64,000 nt of DNA from Batkoa obscura (taxonomy: Eukaryota). Positions 38,445-53,303 of this stretch are shown one piece after another. Position numbers and translations under genes: made by a program. The number at the start of each line of letters is the position of its first letter. Position 1 is the first letter of the stretch. The stretch spans positions 992,001-1,056,000 of the forward strand of contig JASVEC010000003.1 of NCBI GenBank assembly GCA_030770535.1, written 5' to 3'. The notes under the pieces are model-generated. The model made no database searches. It had not been told where the DNA came from and saw nothing but the letters and a program-made list of their open reading frames with translations.

Positions 38445-41065
38445 ATGTCGGACGGATTTCAAGAAGTAACAATCAATGAAAGTGGAAATGAAGATGGATT
38501 AAATGAAGTTAAAAGAGATCCAAGTATCCGAAGTACTAGTACCATTTCAAGAAATTCATATATTGACTTTAATCATCATGTACCAATTACTACTACTTTT
38601 TCACACACCGATTATGACAATGGTTTATCCATTCAAAGTGATGTGACTTTAATTGGCGAACTGCCTGTTTTTTCTCCAGCTACTTCCACATTACCAACTA
38701 TTATGGTCAGAGAAGAAAACAATGAAGAGGAAGAAGTGGGTTTTCAATTAAATTTAATGAATGTTGATGAAGAATTAAATTTAACAGATAATATGGATAA
38801 TCTATCAAATAGAAATAAACATATAGAAGCAACTAAAGATATATTTACAGATGAAGAAAAATTTGCTTACGTAGCTTTATGTAGAGTATTGTTAACGCAA
38901 CAAACTAGTAAATATCCCTTCAAAATTAAAGAGTATGCTTCAGCTAATGCAAGTTATACTGTTTTTGCAAAAAAAATAATGAAAAAATTATATAATCATA
39001 TGGCTGTTAGTGAAGAAGGTAAGCTATTGTTTTTTCATTTAAATTAAATTTTAACTTTTGTAGAACAAGTAATGATTGATAAATTATGTAGTCATGGAGT
39101 TATACCGTCCGATTTAAGTAGAACAATTATATCAAATTGTACTACAAAAGAAGCAAGATTGAATAAAGCAACTATTGAAAAATTAAATGAAACCAATCAA
39201 ATTGATGTACCAAAAGAATCACAAACATTAAAAATAGATATAAGATGGACCATTATATTAGATTTATTTTTATTATTAACAAATGAAGATATTTATGATT
39301 CAAGATCAAGAACATTATTAAAAGCAATCGCAGAAGAAATTAAATTGGATTGGTTTGATGTCATTGATTTAGAAAAAAGAGTAGCGGAACAATTTCAGAT
39401 TAATGAAGTAGCGGAAGCATTAACTCATACTTCTGAAACAAAAGCTAGGAAAAAGACTAATTTAAAATCTAGATTGTTATTAATAGGTGTAGCTACTGTT
39501 GGTGGTAGTGTGATTATTGGTTTATCAGCTGGTTTATTAGCACCTGTAATTGCAACCGGTGTCGGGGCTGCTTTTACTGGTTTAGGCTTAGCTGGTACAT
39601 CGACTTTTTTTGCAGGTGCTGGTGGTACAGCATTAATTGCTACTGGAGGTGTTGTCGCTGGTGGAAGTAAGTTAAAGTAAAATTAAATGTATATATTAAT
39701 TAATTAATTAAATTTATAGCTATTGCTGGTCAAAAAATGGAAAAAAGAACAAGAGGAGTGAATATATTTGAATTTTTACCTATTTATGATAATAAAAGAT
39801 CGAGTGTATTATTAAGTATAACAGGATGGCTTCCAGGTAAAGGAGAGGATGTAACAAAACCATTTAGCATGGTAGATAGTCGAATTGGTGATCATTTTTC
39901 ATTATTATGGGAACCAGAAGCTTTAAAACACCTTGGTAATTCATTAAAATTATTAGCAGGTGAAGTGTTATCATTTGCTGCTCAAGAAATTTTAAAACAT
40001 ACATTATTAAGTGCCCTTTTAGCTGCATTAGCAGTTCCAATGGCACTTAGTAAATTAGGTTATTTAGTTGATAATCCTTGGTCTAATGGTTTAGTATTAG
40101 CTGAAAAAGCAGGCCTAGTTTTAGCGGATATATTATTAAATCATGCACAAGGTCATCGTCCAGTTTCATTGGTTGGATTTTCTCTTGGTGCACGTGTCAT
40201 CTTTTATTGTTTGTTAGAATTAAGTCGATTAAAAGCGTTTGGTATTGTTGAAAATGTTTATATATTTGGAGCACCAATCACTGCTTCTCAAAAACAATGG
40301 AAAGAAAGTGCCTCTGTTGTTTCTGGACGATTTGTTAATGGACATGTGAAAAGTGATTGGATCTTAGGTTTCCTATATCGAGCTGCCTCCACTAGTTTTT
40401 CAATTGCTGGACTTAATCCAGTACAAAATGTAGAAGGAGTAGAAAATGTAGATGTCACTCATTTAGTATCAGGTCATTTAGCTTATCGTCATATGATGCC
40501 AACATTAATGAAAGAAGTTGGTATACCAGTTACTAGTGAAACATTTGAAGATGAAGATGAAGAAAATACTAATGAACCTTCGGAATTAGAAGTATCGGAT
40601 AATCTTGAAGCTATTATCAAAGGTCAAGTACCTAACCCAGCAGCTGCATCTGCAGCAAATCCCAAACCTAAATCTGGAACTCGTAATAAATCATGGTATG
40701 ATACATCAGTATTTAATAAACTTAGATGGACAGGAAAAAGTAGTCAACCAAAAGATGAAATTAAACAAGTAGATAAAAATGACAATAAAGGGGAATTAAA
40801 AGTGGATCCTTATCAAATTCCTAAAGCTAAATCACCATCCATTATGCAAAAAGCAAAATCTATTAATATATCTAATCATGGTAAACATTCATTATCAACA
40901 CAAAATGTAGAAAATTCATTACCTCTATATTCTAAAAAGGATCCCTTAATATTAAGATCAGATAGTGAGCCTAGTTCCTATTCATTAGATTCTAAAGAGG
41001 AAAGATTTGATTGTGCAGAAATGTTAAAACATCCCGATTTTGCTAGACCAAAATATCGCCGCTAA
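38445..41065 (+). CDS. DUF726/TMCO4 (Mil1-like) alpha/beta-hydrolase-like protein
   Basis: YDSRSR, Gly-rich hydrophobic segment, VDNPW, GHRPVSLVGFSLGARVIF, DWILGFLYR and GHLAY. Two GT-AG introns (~39019-39063, ~39666-39719). Confidence 0.92.
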
Positions 41066-41336
41066 TCTTTTAAAGTTTTATTTTGTTATTAATTACCTTT
41101 TCCTTATAGTATTGTAAAATTAACTATTGAATTTATTTATAAAATTATATACTATTTTATCTACCGTTACATGTTTTTTTAATATTTTTTTAATAAACTT
41201 GTATTTCAAAACATTTTATAGTTTATTTTTAACAGCAATAGGAACAAGATGAATCTTCATTCATGATTTAGTAAGTAAATAGAAAGTTATAAATTAACCT
41301 TTTAAGGCAGTAATATATGGTTTCATTTTAATGATA

Positions 41337-42719
41337 TTATTCTAAGATATCCAGAATAACGTTCACATGGTTAAAATAAGAAAGTAGAGTGTTACACCTT
41401 GATGAGCTATTATTTATAGATTTTCTATCAATTTGAATTATAAATGGCTGTTTTTTACAGTATATATTGAATATGTTTTCCCCAAGGTTCCATTTTCCAT
41501 CTAAAAATTTGACTACTCTAATACCGTTTAAAAAAAATAAAATGATAAATAAGGTATTAGATGGAATGTAGCATTGATTAAAAGTGATCTTTTTAATTGA
41601 ATTAGAGTGTATAAAGTTTTGGACATTTCCAAATAATGTCCTCAGATCTTTTACTTTAAGATCCTTTCTGTTATCAGCAACATAATAATATGAATTAAAT
41701 TTGTGGTTTATAAAGTTTAAATCATGAATAGCTAGTACTTGAAGATTTTGTAAGCATAAAATGGCCCTGAATGTGGATTCAAAAGCAGTTGTTCCATTAA
41801 TATAAATTTCTCTTAAACATAAAACATTGAAAAGTGACTTTATATTAGACATTGAGTTACTGAAACCAAAAGATTGAATAGTTGGATGTGTCGACTTTGT
41901 TGTGTCTTGATAAATAAAGTTATCAATATCTATAAATATATGCTTTATTTTAGAGATATCACCTAAGTAACTTAAAGGAATCTTTTTTACTGGGATGCCT
42001 GTTACCTTTAATGTTTCAAGTGAATGAAAATTAGAGGTATCATTAAAATTCGAGTGTATAGAAAATCTACTGGATATAACTATTAACTTCTTTAGTTGTA
42101 CGAATAATACCTTTAGTTTTCCAAGGGCGGTTAGATTTACTGCATTACATTTAATTTCTAATGTTATAAGTTTCTCTGGATCAAGTAAGCTAATAAGAAA
42201 ATCTAATTCTAATAAACCTTTAATAGTCACTGTTACTTTTTTGGCCTGATGTAGTAAGTTAATATGCTTTAATAAGATAGGTCTATAATTATATTCAGTA
42301 GTTAAAATTATATTTTTTATGTAAGGCAGTTCATGTGGTATTAACTTATCTAATGTACTTATGTTTGTTAATTTTGTATAATCGATGTTTAATATTACAA
42401 TGTTAGGACATAGTGATAAATATTTTAATTGAAAACTTGTTAGCCTTAGATATCGTATATTATTACTATACTTTTTGTAAAATAAAAATTGAATATATGA
42501 GTATCTACTATGCTTTTTACAGAATGGATATTCAATACATGGATAATATGGTAAATCTAAATAGACGGAATAACATAAATGGCTGAAAATAAGTTGGTTG
42601 ATTTGTTTAAACAGTGCTTTGTTCAAAAGCCTTAAATCATATAGCACATCTGGTGATAAGAAATCGAAAATAGTATCAGTCACAATGTCGGGTAAGTTAT
42701 CTAGTTTTAAAGTAGTCAT
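41337..42719 (-). CDS. F-box-like/LRR-like protein (lineage-specific family)
   Basis: 460-aa intronless ORF. N-terminal LDNLPDIVTDTIFDFL...LRLLNK followed by LxxLxI repeats. Confidence 0.78.
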   Translation of the reverse strand: MTTLKLDNLPDIVTDTIFDFLSPDVLYDLRLLNKALFKQINQLIFSHLCYSVYLDLPYYPCIEYPFCKKHSRYSYIQFLFYKKYSNNIRYLRLTSFQLKYLSLCPNIVILNIDYTKLTNISTLDKLIPHELPYIKNIILTTEYNYRPILLKHINLLHQAKKVTVTIKGLLELDFLISLLDPEKLITLEIKCNAVNLTALGKLKVLFVQLKKLIVISSRFSIHSNFNDTSNFHSLETLKVTGIPVKKIPLSYLGDISKIKHIFIDIDNFIYQDTTKSTHPTIQSFGFSNSMSNIKSLFNVLCLREIYINGTTAFESTFRAILCLQNLQVLAIHDLNFINHKFNSYYYVADNRKDLKVKDLRTLFGNVQNFIHSNSIKKITFNQCYIPSNTLFIILFFLNGIRVVKFLDGKWNLGENIFNIYCKKQPFIIQIDRKSINNSSSRCNTLLSYFNHVNVILDILE

Positions 42720-43019
42720 TTCAAGCTTAAAAGAAGGAAGAAGTTATTGATTTTTCACTTTATTTATGCTTTTTGTGATAATATAACTGAATGGAATATT
42801 GGTTCATTATTTGATCACTTTTATTTACTTTATGACTATTTAGTCTATATAAAAGCATTCATTAGTTGCTCATTTTATGAATTAATTGAGTTAAAGTTAT
42901 TTATATGTTAATAAGTGCATTTAATCAATTATCAATAAATGTTTTAAGCTTTTACAGTTTTTACTTATTTAACACTTCTTTGAGAGTGCTTAAAAAATTA
43001 AATAAATGGCACATTAAAT

Positions 43020-43116
43020 GGGGATGTACTTTTGTGTCTAATAATTTTACTAACAATTTTCTCACTCAAATGATGCTTAAAAAATGGAAAAGTAATGAAG
43101 CCAAAAAAGTGCCCAC
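43020..43116. mobile_element. MITE family A (diverged)
   Basis: GGGGATGT...GTGCCCAC. Flanks AAAT/ATAT. Confidence 0.82.
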
Positions 43117-43519
43117 ATATAAATACAATAAACAATTTAACAATATCTGAATTTTTATATTTAAAAAATATAGTGCTATATATTAATTAGCATTATAAAT
43201 TTATTTTACTAAATTAGAAAATCAACAACTTTTATTAACTGCACAAGTTTAACTAATTTAAATTATATTGTTAATTTAATTAATCTTGATAAATTTATAA
43301 TATTAAAAATCAAATATATTTTAGTTAATTTAAATAAACTTTTAAAATTACATAATTTTAAAAGTTAATAATTAGTTATAAAAGTTTTCAACATTTTTGA
43401 ATTTTAAAAATAATTCAAACTTTTATTTATTTAAAACATTAAGATAAAGAAAGTTAAATAACTTAAAGGTATTAATAGTTTTATACATTTTAAATTAATT
43501 AAAAAACTTATTTTCAAAC

Positions 43520-43947
43520 TGTGAAATGTTGCTTCATTAGCTCTATGATTGATTATAACATAATAGTCAATTCAGAGTTCCTTATATAGATTTGCTGTGA
43601 GAATTGCTACCACCTGATCACGAAGAACTTATTGTCCACATTTTGATATCCATACTTGTTGGAGTATAAAAGAGATTCTTCAGCATAATAACTCGAGGCT
43701 TTTTAATCAAATTATTCCCTGATATCGTACCATTAATAAAGCCACTAAGTCTTTCTGACAATACCTTACGTAGATTTTACAGTAGTATTTTCTATTCTAT
43801 TTGTTTTGCACAATTCGTAACTTATTACGTATTATTCATATTCATTTAAGTTTATCTTAGTTACATAAACTAAGACCGTTCGACTCAAGGCAAGTCAATT
43901 AACCAAGAACTAGCTTTAACTCCTACCACTGAGTACCAACTTTCACA
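43520..43947 (+). mobile_element. Solo LTR
   Basis: TGTGAAA...TTTCACA, 428 bp, 4-bp TSD AAAC. Confidence 0.88.
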
Positions 43948-44499
43948 AAACAATGTAAATCTCCAGTATTTATTATATTATATTTAATATAATATTATTT
44001 ACAATTAATGTCAAAGCAGTTAATTTTATAAACAAAAAATGCTATTATAAAAATAAAAAAGTAAAAAAAACTTTTTTTGTAAAAACTTATTTTTAATTCA
44101 ATTTAATCAAAATCTATAATTAGCAATGTAGATAAAAGTTTATTTAAAGGTAAAAAACATGCTTTAAAGCTCAAAATTATAAAATATTATTTTAGATGTT
44201 CCATGATAATAATAATTTAATTTTAAAAATAAAGCTTTCATATTATGCTTTTTAAGTTAAAGTTATAGATTTATAAATTTTTATTTATCTGCTGATAAAT
44301 GTTTTTAATTATCTGGAAGTTGTCACCAAGCACTTTTAAGTATTATGTGTTTATAAAAATTTACTAACATTATTATGTAATTATGTTTTATTTTCCTTTT
44401 CTTTAATATTCAAATTCTACACAATTAAACCCAATGTTTCCTTTTGAGCTGGTAATGTTTTTTTAAAGTCGAAATAACGTCAAAGGTCTGGTTTAATAT

Positions 44500-44595
44500 G
44501 GGGATGTTTTTTGGTTTCGTTACTTTTCCATTTTTTAAGCGCTATTTGAGCGGAAAGATTGCTGGTAAAATTCTTAAACAAAAAAATACATCCTC
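44500..44595. mobile_element. MITE family A
   Basis: GGGGATGT...ACATCCTC, ATAT TSD. Confidence 0.9.
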
Positions 44596-44945
44596 ATATT
44601 AATAGTAAGTTTTTTCTGATGAAGAATCCATTTTCATGGTATAAGTAATAATCAATAATAAATTTTTATAAATAATTTTTTTTATCTTTGACTCTAACAT
44701 TGATGCTAACACTAATACCACCACCTCAATCTATAAGCCCATATTCATTTTGATATAAAAAAAGTTGTAAGTTCATTAGCTACAAGAATTTTTATTTTTG
44801 AATTTTTTCAACTAAAAATGTTCATAAAATCTATTAAAAATAAGAACAAAAACTAATATAAAAAATAGTAAATCGTTTGAAATAATAACATTTAAAAGTA
44901 TTATCATCTTAATAATTAAATCTATTCAATAACTTTATAAAAAAT

Positions 44946-46748
44946 TTAAGATTCAGTAGAATTCTCAGTTACTTTTTCAGCTTCTGTATGATTTTGAAGT
45001 GGAATATCTTCACAAGCTAAGGTACATATTAAACTAATCACACAAAAAGGAATCATAGAAAGGAAGAGGGTACGAAAAGCATCAAGATAAGAAACAGTTA
45101 CTTGTTTTTGAATTGTAGAAGATAAAGTATCCAAATTATTAAGTTGACTTAAAAGTTGAGTAATCTAAAAAAAAGTTAATAATTATATAGAATGAAATTA
45201 AACTATTAAACTTACATTTTCCCCAGGAAGATTATGTTTTAAAGAATTAAATAAAACATTATTATAAATGGAACCGACAATAGCTAACCCAAAAACACCA
45301 CCAAGTGTTTGTGTAAATGCAATAAAAGAAGTAATCAGAGCAGCATCCGAAGCATTCACTGCTAACTGAGCACAAGTTAAAGTTAATTGAATATTGAAAC
45401 CAATACCTGCCCCAATTAAAACAGGAAAAATAAAGAGTTCAGCTTGAGTGATATCCTTTCTCAATAAAGCCATTAGAGAAATACCAATTAAAAGAATAAC
45501 TGAACCAGAGCGCATAATAGGTCGATAAGTACGAAATTGTTGAGCAAGTAAGCCCGAAGCTACCGAACATAAACATACCGCTAATAAAGGAGGAAAAGCA
45601 TGTAAACCAGCATCAAATGCAGATTTCAATTGAACTTGTTGATGATATAATGGCCAATAATAAGTAGTTGAAAAAAAAGGTATACAATACATAAAGGCAT
45701 TGATACTAGCTAATAATGAATTTCTCGTAAATAATCTTCCTGGAATGACTGGTTCTTTAGCATAGTATTTCTCAACGAACATAAAAGCAATTAATAATAC
45801 AAGGCCAATAATCAGACATAATATAACTTGAATTGAAGACCAATTATAAGTTTTACCACCCCAATTTAATCCAAGGGTAAGTAATATAACTCCAATAACT
45901 AGTAATATTGTACCTAAAAAGTCAATACGTGGAATTATATCTTTAAAAGTTAAATTATTTGATTTTAATTTAGGTAACAAAAATAGAATGGCTATTGCAA
46001 CTATTATTACAATAGGTATATTAATATAAAATACCCATCTCCAACTTAAATAATCGGTTAATAAACCACCTAACAATGGACCTGCTACATTAGCTAAAGC
46101 AAAGGTGGCACTTATTATACCCTGATAAAGACCCCTTTGTACCATAGGTACCACATCTATAAACATTTAATTAATTAATTAATTAAAAACTAAAAATTAA
46201 AAATTATAATAACAATAATAAAATTATCATTATTGTTATTAAAAACTCATACCTGAAATTACAATAAAAGCAAGAGAAAATAAACCACCAGCAGCTACAC
46301 CTGAGATAGCACGAAATACAATCAACATAATTATATTAATAGCTACGCCACATCCAATACTACCAATTAAAAATAAAGTTAAACAAAATAAAAAGAGGGT
46401 TTTACGACCAAACAGATCTGAGAATTTTCCATAAATTGGTTGGAATGCCGTTTGTGTTAATAAATAAGAGGCTGCTATCCAGGTTACTTCTCCATTTGAA
46501 CCAAATTCATTCACTATAGAACTAATAGCAGTAGCTACAATAGTTTCATCAATAGAGGCTAGAAAAATAGATAAGATCAAAGAAAGCATAATGAGGATGA
46601 GCTTTATTCCAGTTGGTTGAATATTGATTGAAGTTGAGTTGCTTTCTTCAATATTATTACTACAAGCATTTTTGCAGTCAAGTTGTATGTTATCAAGTTG
46701 AATAGAGGATGAATTGACTTTTGATGAAAATGTTTCTTGTTCAGTCAT
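44946..46748 (-). CDS. MFS DHA2-type (14-TMS) efflux transporter
   Basis: LASIDETIVATA, YGKFSDLFGRK, GPLLGGLLTDYLSWRWVFYINIP and IDFLG. Two introns. Confidence 0.92.
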
Positions 46749-47757
46749 GTTTTATTAAATTGATAATTTTTATTATAAAATTAATACGTTTATCATTTAT
46801 AATTGTTGTTTATATAACTATGAATTTTTAAGAATATATAATAATATATGAAGTAAAGGTACAATCTTATTTGATTTGATATTAATTATTGTCATTAATT
46901 TTGTTCCGAAATTGCCTTTTGAGTAATTAAAACTAAGTCGCAGTCAATTCTTGTATAGTAAGAAAATAAAAGTGTGAAGATGGAATAGATTAGTAGTAAT
47001 TTGATTACACAATTAAGTTTATTTGATATTAAAATGTATTATTATATAAGATAATTGATACTTATTAGTTGATTTAGTAGCATTAAAATTCAGTTAAAAA
47101 GAGATCTAAATTTTACTATTTTATTTAAAATAAAAAGTTAGATTTAACAATGATTGCTAATATTTGAAAGTCAAGTTTGAGTTCAAATTGATTTAAGAAT
47201 TCAAATTGATTTCAAATTAAAAATAAAATATGCAAATAATTTACCTCAATTGGAATAAAAATAATAATAAACTATCAGGGATAAAAAAAATGGGGCTAAT
47301 TTTCAAATATTACCAAATTTGGACGAATGATTTCATTAAAATTTTCAAAAAACTATTGAACATTTATTGAGTTGAAATTTGATATCAACATTAGTATTAA
47401 ATTATACTTTTTAAAATTAATATAAAATGATTGTTCTTTAGTTACAATTGTACTAAACAGTACGTTTAACTAATATGAATTTAATTAAATTAGGTTGAAG
47501 TAATGCTAGTTAAAGTTGAAGTTGAGGTTAAATACTATTTTATTTTTTTCAATTATTATTGTTTATATTGAATTTTAATTCTTTTAATAATAAAAACTGT
47601 CATTTGTAACTTACTTTTTAACTTAACTTTTTATTTTATCTTTTATCTAAATTATATCCAACATATTATTGAAACTTAATTTTCATTTTATAATTTAATA
47701 GACTCATTAAATCAACTAATTTTAATAAATAACTAATCAAAAAACTTTATATCAGTA

Positions 47758-47760
<3 letters not shown>

Positions 47761-47808
<48 letters not shown>
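47761..47808. repeat. (AAT)n microsatellite
   Basis: About 16 perfect units, just downstream of SPB4. Confidence 0.95.
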
Positions 47809-47909
47809 TTTATTTTCTAAATCTATAATAGTTAATAATAATAATATCTTTTCTTTCTTCTTTCTTTTTAAGTTTATAATATCATTTTAGTTATTATAAC
47901 TCAATTTCT

Positions 47910-50258
47910 TTAATTCTCCAATTGCAATTTAGCTTTCTTCAATGCATTTTCTTTACGTTTAATCTTCTTTTCATTTTTGTCTTTTGTATTAGACCATGGT
48001 ACTGCTTTTTGTTTTTTACTTGTTTCAGGTCTAAATAAATAAAATAAAGTTAATATAAATAATACATAAAGATAAAAACATCAACAAATATTATTATCAA
48101 AACAGTAATAATAATATAATAGTATAGTGATAACAGTGATATGATTTAAGTTAGAAATAGAATGAAACTTACTTAACAGGTGTTTGCATTTTTTTTACAT
48201 TATTTAATCGATTTTTTTCTAATTGAGAATTTTTATAACTTATTGTTTTTAACTAAAATAAAAAAAAATATTGAATACAAACTCTTCTTTCTTTAAATTA
48301 TATTATCAAATAAAGACACTTACATCTATTTTAATCTCTGGATAATTGAACTTTTTATTTTTTAACTCTGGCATTGCTGGTAACTAAATAAATAGAAACT
48401 TAATTAAAACATTCATTAAATAATAAATATAAATAAACAAATTAAAATTAACTTACTCTTAATAAGCAAAAGGAATAAGCTAAATCTTCAAAATCTAATT
48501 CTTTAATACGGAAGATATAAGAAGCTTGATGATTGGAATAAGCTTTAACATAAGCAACAAACGATTGAGCTGACTATAAAAATAATATTAATAATTACAT
48601 ATAAAAAAATAAAAATATTTTATTTGAATCCTTACCTTTTCAATCAACTCTCTATCTTCCAACATTTTATTTCTCAATTCTTCAAACAACTTATCGCTCT
48701 TTTCCTCATCAGTTTGCATCTTCAACTCGGTCGTGGGTATCTTTCGAACTTTTAAAAAGTCAGGATATAATTCTTCGGTACCAAATTTTAAAAAAAATAA
48801 TGCATTTCCACTCTCCCCATTTCGTGCTGTACGTCCACAACGATGGGAAAATTGTTTTGGGTCAATAGGTAAATCATATTGTATAACACAATCTACATAA
48901 GGAATATCTAGGCCTCGACTGGCTACATCTGTGGTTAATAAAATCGATTTTTGTAAATCATTAAGGGTAATGTATTTGTTATAGACGACTATAAAAAATA
49001 GAAGGGTTAATCAAAGGGGATGTGAGATTAATTAATACTTACTATTTCTTCTTTTAACTTCCATTTTACCATGTAAAGATACTAATTCATAATTCATTAA
49101 TTCAGGTAGTAGTTTGAGTAACTTTAATATATTAATATTAATAAAATTATATTTATAATAATAATAAATTAATTCTTACTTTGAAATAATAATCTACTTG
49201 ATAACAAGTAGCAAAATAAATAATAAATTTATTAAATCGACTTTGCTGAATATAATTTATCATTGTAGATAATTTATCTTTAAAATTTAATTTTATATAC
49301 TCAATTTCAAGTCTAAAAATAGATTTTCATTAATGTTTTATACTTATTCAATTAAAATATAATTCACTTACTTATCTGGGATTCTTTGTTGATTATTACT
49401 TAATTGGTTTTTAACATTAACTTTCACTACTACTTTGACTGGATTTCTTAATCCTAATCTAACTAATTCAGATAAATCGTCAGTCATTGTTGCTGAAAAA
49501 AGACCCGTTCTTCGTTGTTTTGGTATTAATTTTAAAATATTATTTAAAATATTATAAAATCCTAATTCTAATAATCTAAAAATAAAATCAATAAAATGAT
49601 ATTAATTAATTAATTAATTTATTTTTAAATATTTCCATATTCTGCTTACCTATCAGCTTCATCTAATACGAGTACTTCCAATTCTTTTGTTTTTAATAAT
49701 CCACTATTTAATATTTCAAATACTCTACCTGGAGTACCAATAATTACATTAATTATTTTATTCTTAATCTCCTTTTTATCCTTTTCTAACTTATTATTAC
49801 CAGTTAATAATAAACCTTGAACATTCAATCCAATAGTTAAACTTTCAAATACTTTATAAATTTGTTCCCCTAATTCTCTTGTTGGTGCAATAATAATACC
49901 ACTTAAATGATTGGCTTTGATACGTTCAATTACTGGTATTAAATAAGCTAATGTTTTACCACTACCAGTCACTGCCTATTTCAAAAAATTAATTAATTAA
50001 TTAATTAATATTGTATTATCTTTGTCTTAATTCAAATATTATTATGTTATTTTTATTTATGATTTAAAATATATTTCAATAATTAATACTTACTTCAACT
50101 ACTACATCTTTATTACCTAATAATAATGGAATAGTACCTTCTTGTACTGGTGTCATATTACATATATTTTGAGAAGTTAAATTCGAGATGATTGTTTCAT
50201 TGAGCTTAGGCGAGATGGAAGTAAATGGAGAACCTAAATTGGGTGCTGTTAAACTCAT
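47910..50258 (-). CDS. SPB4: DEAD-box RNA helicase Spb4/DDX55, multi-exon
   Basis: MTPVQ Q-motif, [77 protein letters not shown] and LPAMPEL. 3' end approximate. Confidence 0.9.
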
Positions 50259-50470
50259 CTTTTTTGATTAATTTTGAATAAAAGTCAATTGAATCAATAG
50301 AAAATGAAAAAAATTGAATTGAATATATAAAGAATTAAGATTTCAACCAATGAGAAATTTCAAACTTTAAGTTCAAAGTTCAAAAAATTGCTTAGGGAAC
50401 TGAATTTTATTTTTAACTATTTTTTATTTTATTACTTTTATTATTATTATTATTATTATTTACTCTCATC

Positions 50471-51390
50471 ATGGTTTTAACTTATAATAAAGCTCAATTA
50501 TTATTACAACAAAATACGTCTTTATTAAAAGAATATGAACGATGTATTTTATTAAATATTGAAGATGATAGTTATCATTTAGAAATCAATAGTAATCATC
50601 AACAATTACTAAATTTTTATAGGAGTATTAAAACAAAGTAAGTCCACTTTCCAATGAAGAGATAATAAAAAATAAATATTAGATATATGAAGGATCGATT
50701 AATTAATATTCTTTTTTATATATATTAGAATCGACGATGATGAAGAAGATGAGGAACTTCAGAAGAAGTATAGCAAATTTGAATTTAATTTTAAAACCTA
50801 TGTAGAACGCTATAATTTATTAAAACTAAATGAAGATGTAGTAGAAATGAATTTATTTTCATCAAAGTAAGTCATTAAATTATATTATTATTTCAATTTT
50901 TAACTTTTTTTTCAATTTAGTAACCCAACTACAAATTTAAATTCAAATTTAAATAATAATAATGATAATAATGATAACCTGTATGTTGATGACACTTCGG
51001 ATCTATACCAAAATTATAACAATCAAGATTTATTATTAATGCAACAACAAACTATACAAGGTAAGTTGAATTATTTTTTCCACCCCCATCCACTTCATCC
51101 CCTTACTAATCCTTCATTTTATTTTTCCACTAGATCAAGACCGTAACCTGGATCTCCTTAGCTCTAGCATCTCAAATCAAAAACATCTCTCTTTACAAAT
51201 TAATGAAGAATTAATTAATCATAATGAATTATTAACTGAATTAGAAGATGATTTAGATAATACAGATAATAATTTAACACGAGGTAGAAAAAGATTAAAG
51301 GTATTAGAAGAAAAGTTGAGTAATTGGAGACTTTGGTTAATTGTGATTGGGTGCTTTATTGCACTGTTATTGATTATTAAATATATATAA
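50471..51390 (+). CDS. Syntaxin-8/Syn8-like Qc-SNARE
   Basis: Spliced. SNARE motif QQQTIQDQDRNLDLLSSSISNQKHLSLQINEEL..HNELLTEL and C-terminal TM helix WLIVIGCFIALLLII. Confidence 0.8.
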
Positions 51391-51829
51391 AAGATGGGTG
51401 TTGATGGAGTTAAGAGTGTTTTTTTCGGATGATTATAAATGTAGAGATTAAATGATAAAATTTTTTTATTACAATTAAGTCTAAATGGTTAATAAATATT
51501 AAGAATTTATATAAATTATATAAACTCTTTTTTAGAAATGTTTGTTTTATTTTGAATTTAAAAAAAAAAAATATTATTCAATACTCCACTCACTTTAACT
51601 TTGTATCCAAAATAAAACTATAGATATAAAAGAAGACTAATAACAATAATAATAATAATAATTGGAAATGTTATACTATAAAATCTATTCCAATTGAATA
51701 CTGTTTTTAATTTTAATAAGCTTTCTTATAAAATTCAAATATTCAATAATTAAATTAAATAATATGCAAATTGCTAAGTTAGAATGAATAGTAACATTTT
51801 AATATAAAACTTACTCACTTGAACTATAT

Positions 51830-51927
51830 GGGAATGTTTTTTTTGGTTTCATCACTTTTTCCATTTTTTAAGCACTATTTGAGCGGAAAGATTGTTAGTA
51901 AGATTCTTAAACAAAAAATATATCCCC
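51830..51927. mobile_element. MITE family A
   Basis: GGGAATGT...TATATCCCC, ATAT TSD. Confidence 0.9.
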
Positions 51928-52822
51928 ATATGTTGTTATATTACCCAATGATTAACTTTATTAAAACAAACTACTTCACTAAATGTAGAAGTAGTTGCAA
52001 TGATGATAGAGACGATGACTTTCAAAAAATATAGAAGAAAAGGTATCACTGGTCAACTCATCATTGTTAATAATGATACAAATACAGATAGGACTATATA
52101 TAGTAATAATAATAGTAAGCAAAATAATTCATTTTCAAATTCAATAGGCTTCTATTGAATTTAGCTAAAATAAACATTAAAATATTTGTGTCCCTTTTCT
52201 ATCACTTTGAAATTTAAAACTTTATTACAATAATTAAATTTAATATATTAATTATTAATATTGATTCGAATTTCAATCTTATATAAATATAAGCTAATTT
52301 CTAACTATCAACATAAACTCATAGCTAAAATAAAAATACATTGTTCTAGCAGCCAACTCAGTAACTAGACTTTGTCACTAAATTTACTGAAGAAACTAGA
52401 ATATTTCGAATCGTATTTATTCAATATATTAGAAGCTTAGTTCCAACCCTTTCACAGGTAAGCTTTAATATTACAAACAAATCAATTTTACAATCATTGA
52501 CTTAGATACTCTAACTGGTCTTTGTTTTTGGAGATATGAGCTCCTTAAAACTCACACTAAACTTTGCTTTGACTTCAATGCATCTATCAAAGTTAGAACA
52601 ATTTCTTATATTAAGTGTTAAAAGAATCATTATAAATAAATATTCTATTGATTAATTTCAAATATTATTATGTAGATTGATTCGTTTTAAACTAATCAAT
52701 TTATTATTCATTAAGCTTTATTAATTAAAAAAGAATTCCTAATAAATTTCAATAATGATTAAAAAGGAATGAAGTTAATTGTCTTATTAAAAGTTTCCAT
52801 TATTTATCTATTTTGAAGCTAG

Positions 52823-53303
52823 TGTGAAATATCGGTTCATTAACTCTAGGATTGATTATCATATGATAATCAATTCAGAGTCCCTTATATAGATTTGCTG
52901 TGAGAATTGCTACCACCTGATCATGAAGAACTTATTATCCACGTTTTGATGTCTATACTTGGCAACTATAATAAGGAATAACTGTTATAATGTACCTTAT
53001 ATATAACCACCCAGTTGGAGTATAAAAGAGATTCTTCAACATAATAACTCGAGGCTTTTTAACTGAATTACTCCTTGATATCGTATCATTAATAAAGTCA
53101 CTAAATCTTTCTGACAACATCTTACATAGATTTTACAGTAGTACCTTCTATTATATCTGTTTTACATAGTTCGTAACTTATTACATATTATTTCTATTAA
53201 GTTAAGTCTATCTTAGTTACATAAACTAAGACCGTTCGACTCAAGGCAAGTTAATTAAGCAAGTGTAGCTTTTAACTCCGACCACTGAGTATCAACTTTC
53301 ACA
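52823..53303 (+). mobile_element. Solo LTR with extra internal segment
   Basis: TGTGAAA...TTTCACA, TSD CTAG. About 50 bp at ~52962-53013 are absent from the other copies. Confidence 0.88.

Noticed and set aside
15262..51927. G>A changes in MITE termini as evidence of RIP
   Set aside because: Too few sites, no dinucleotide context established, and general AT-biased decay explains them.
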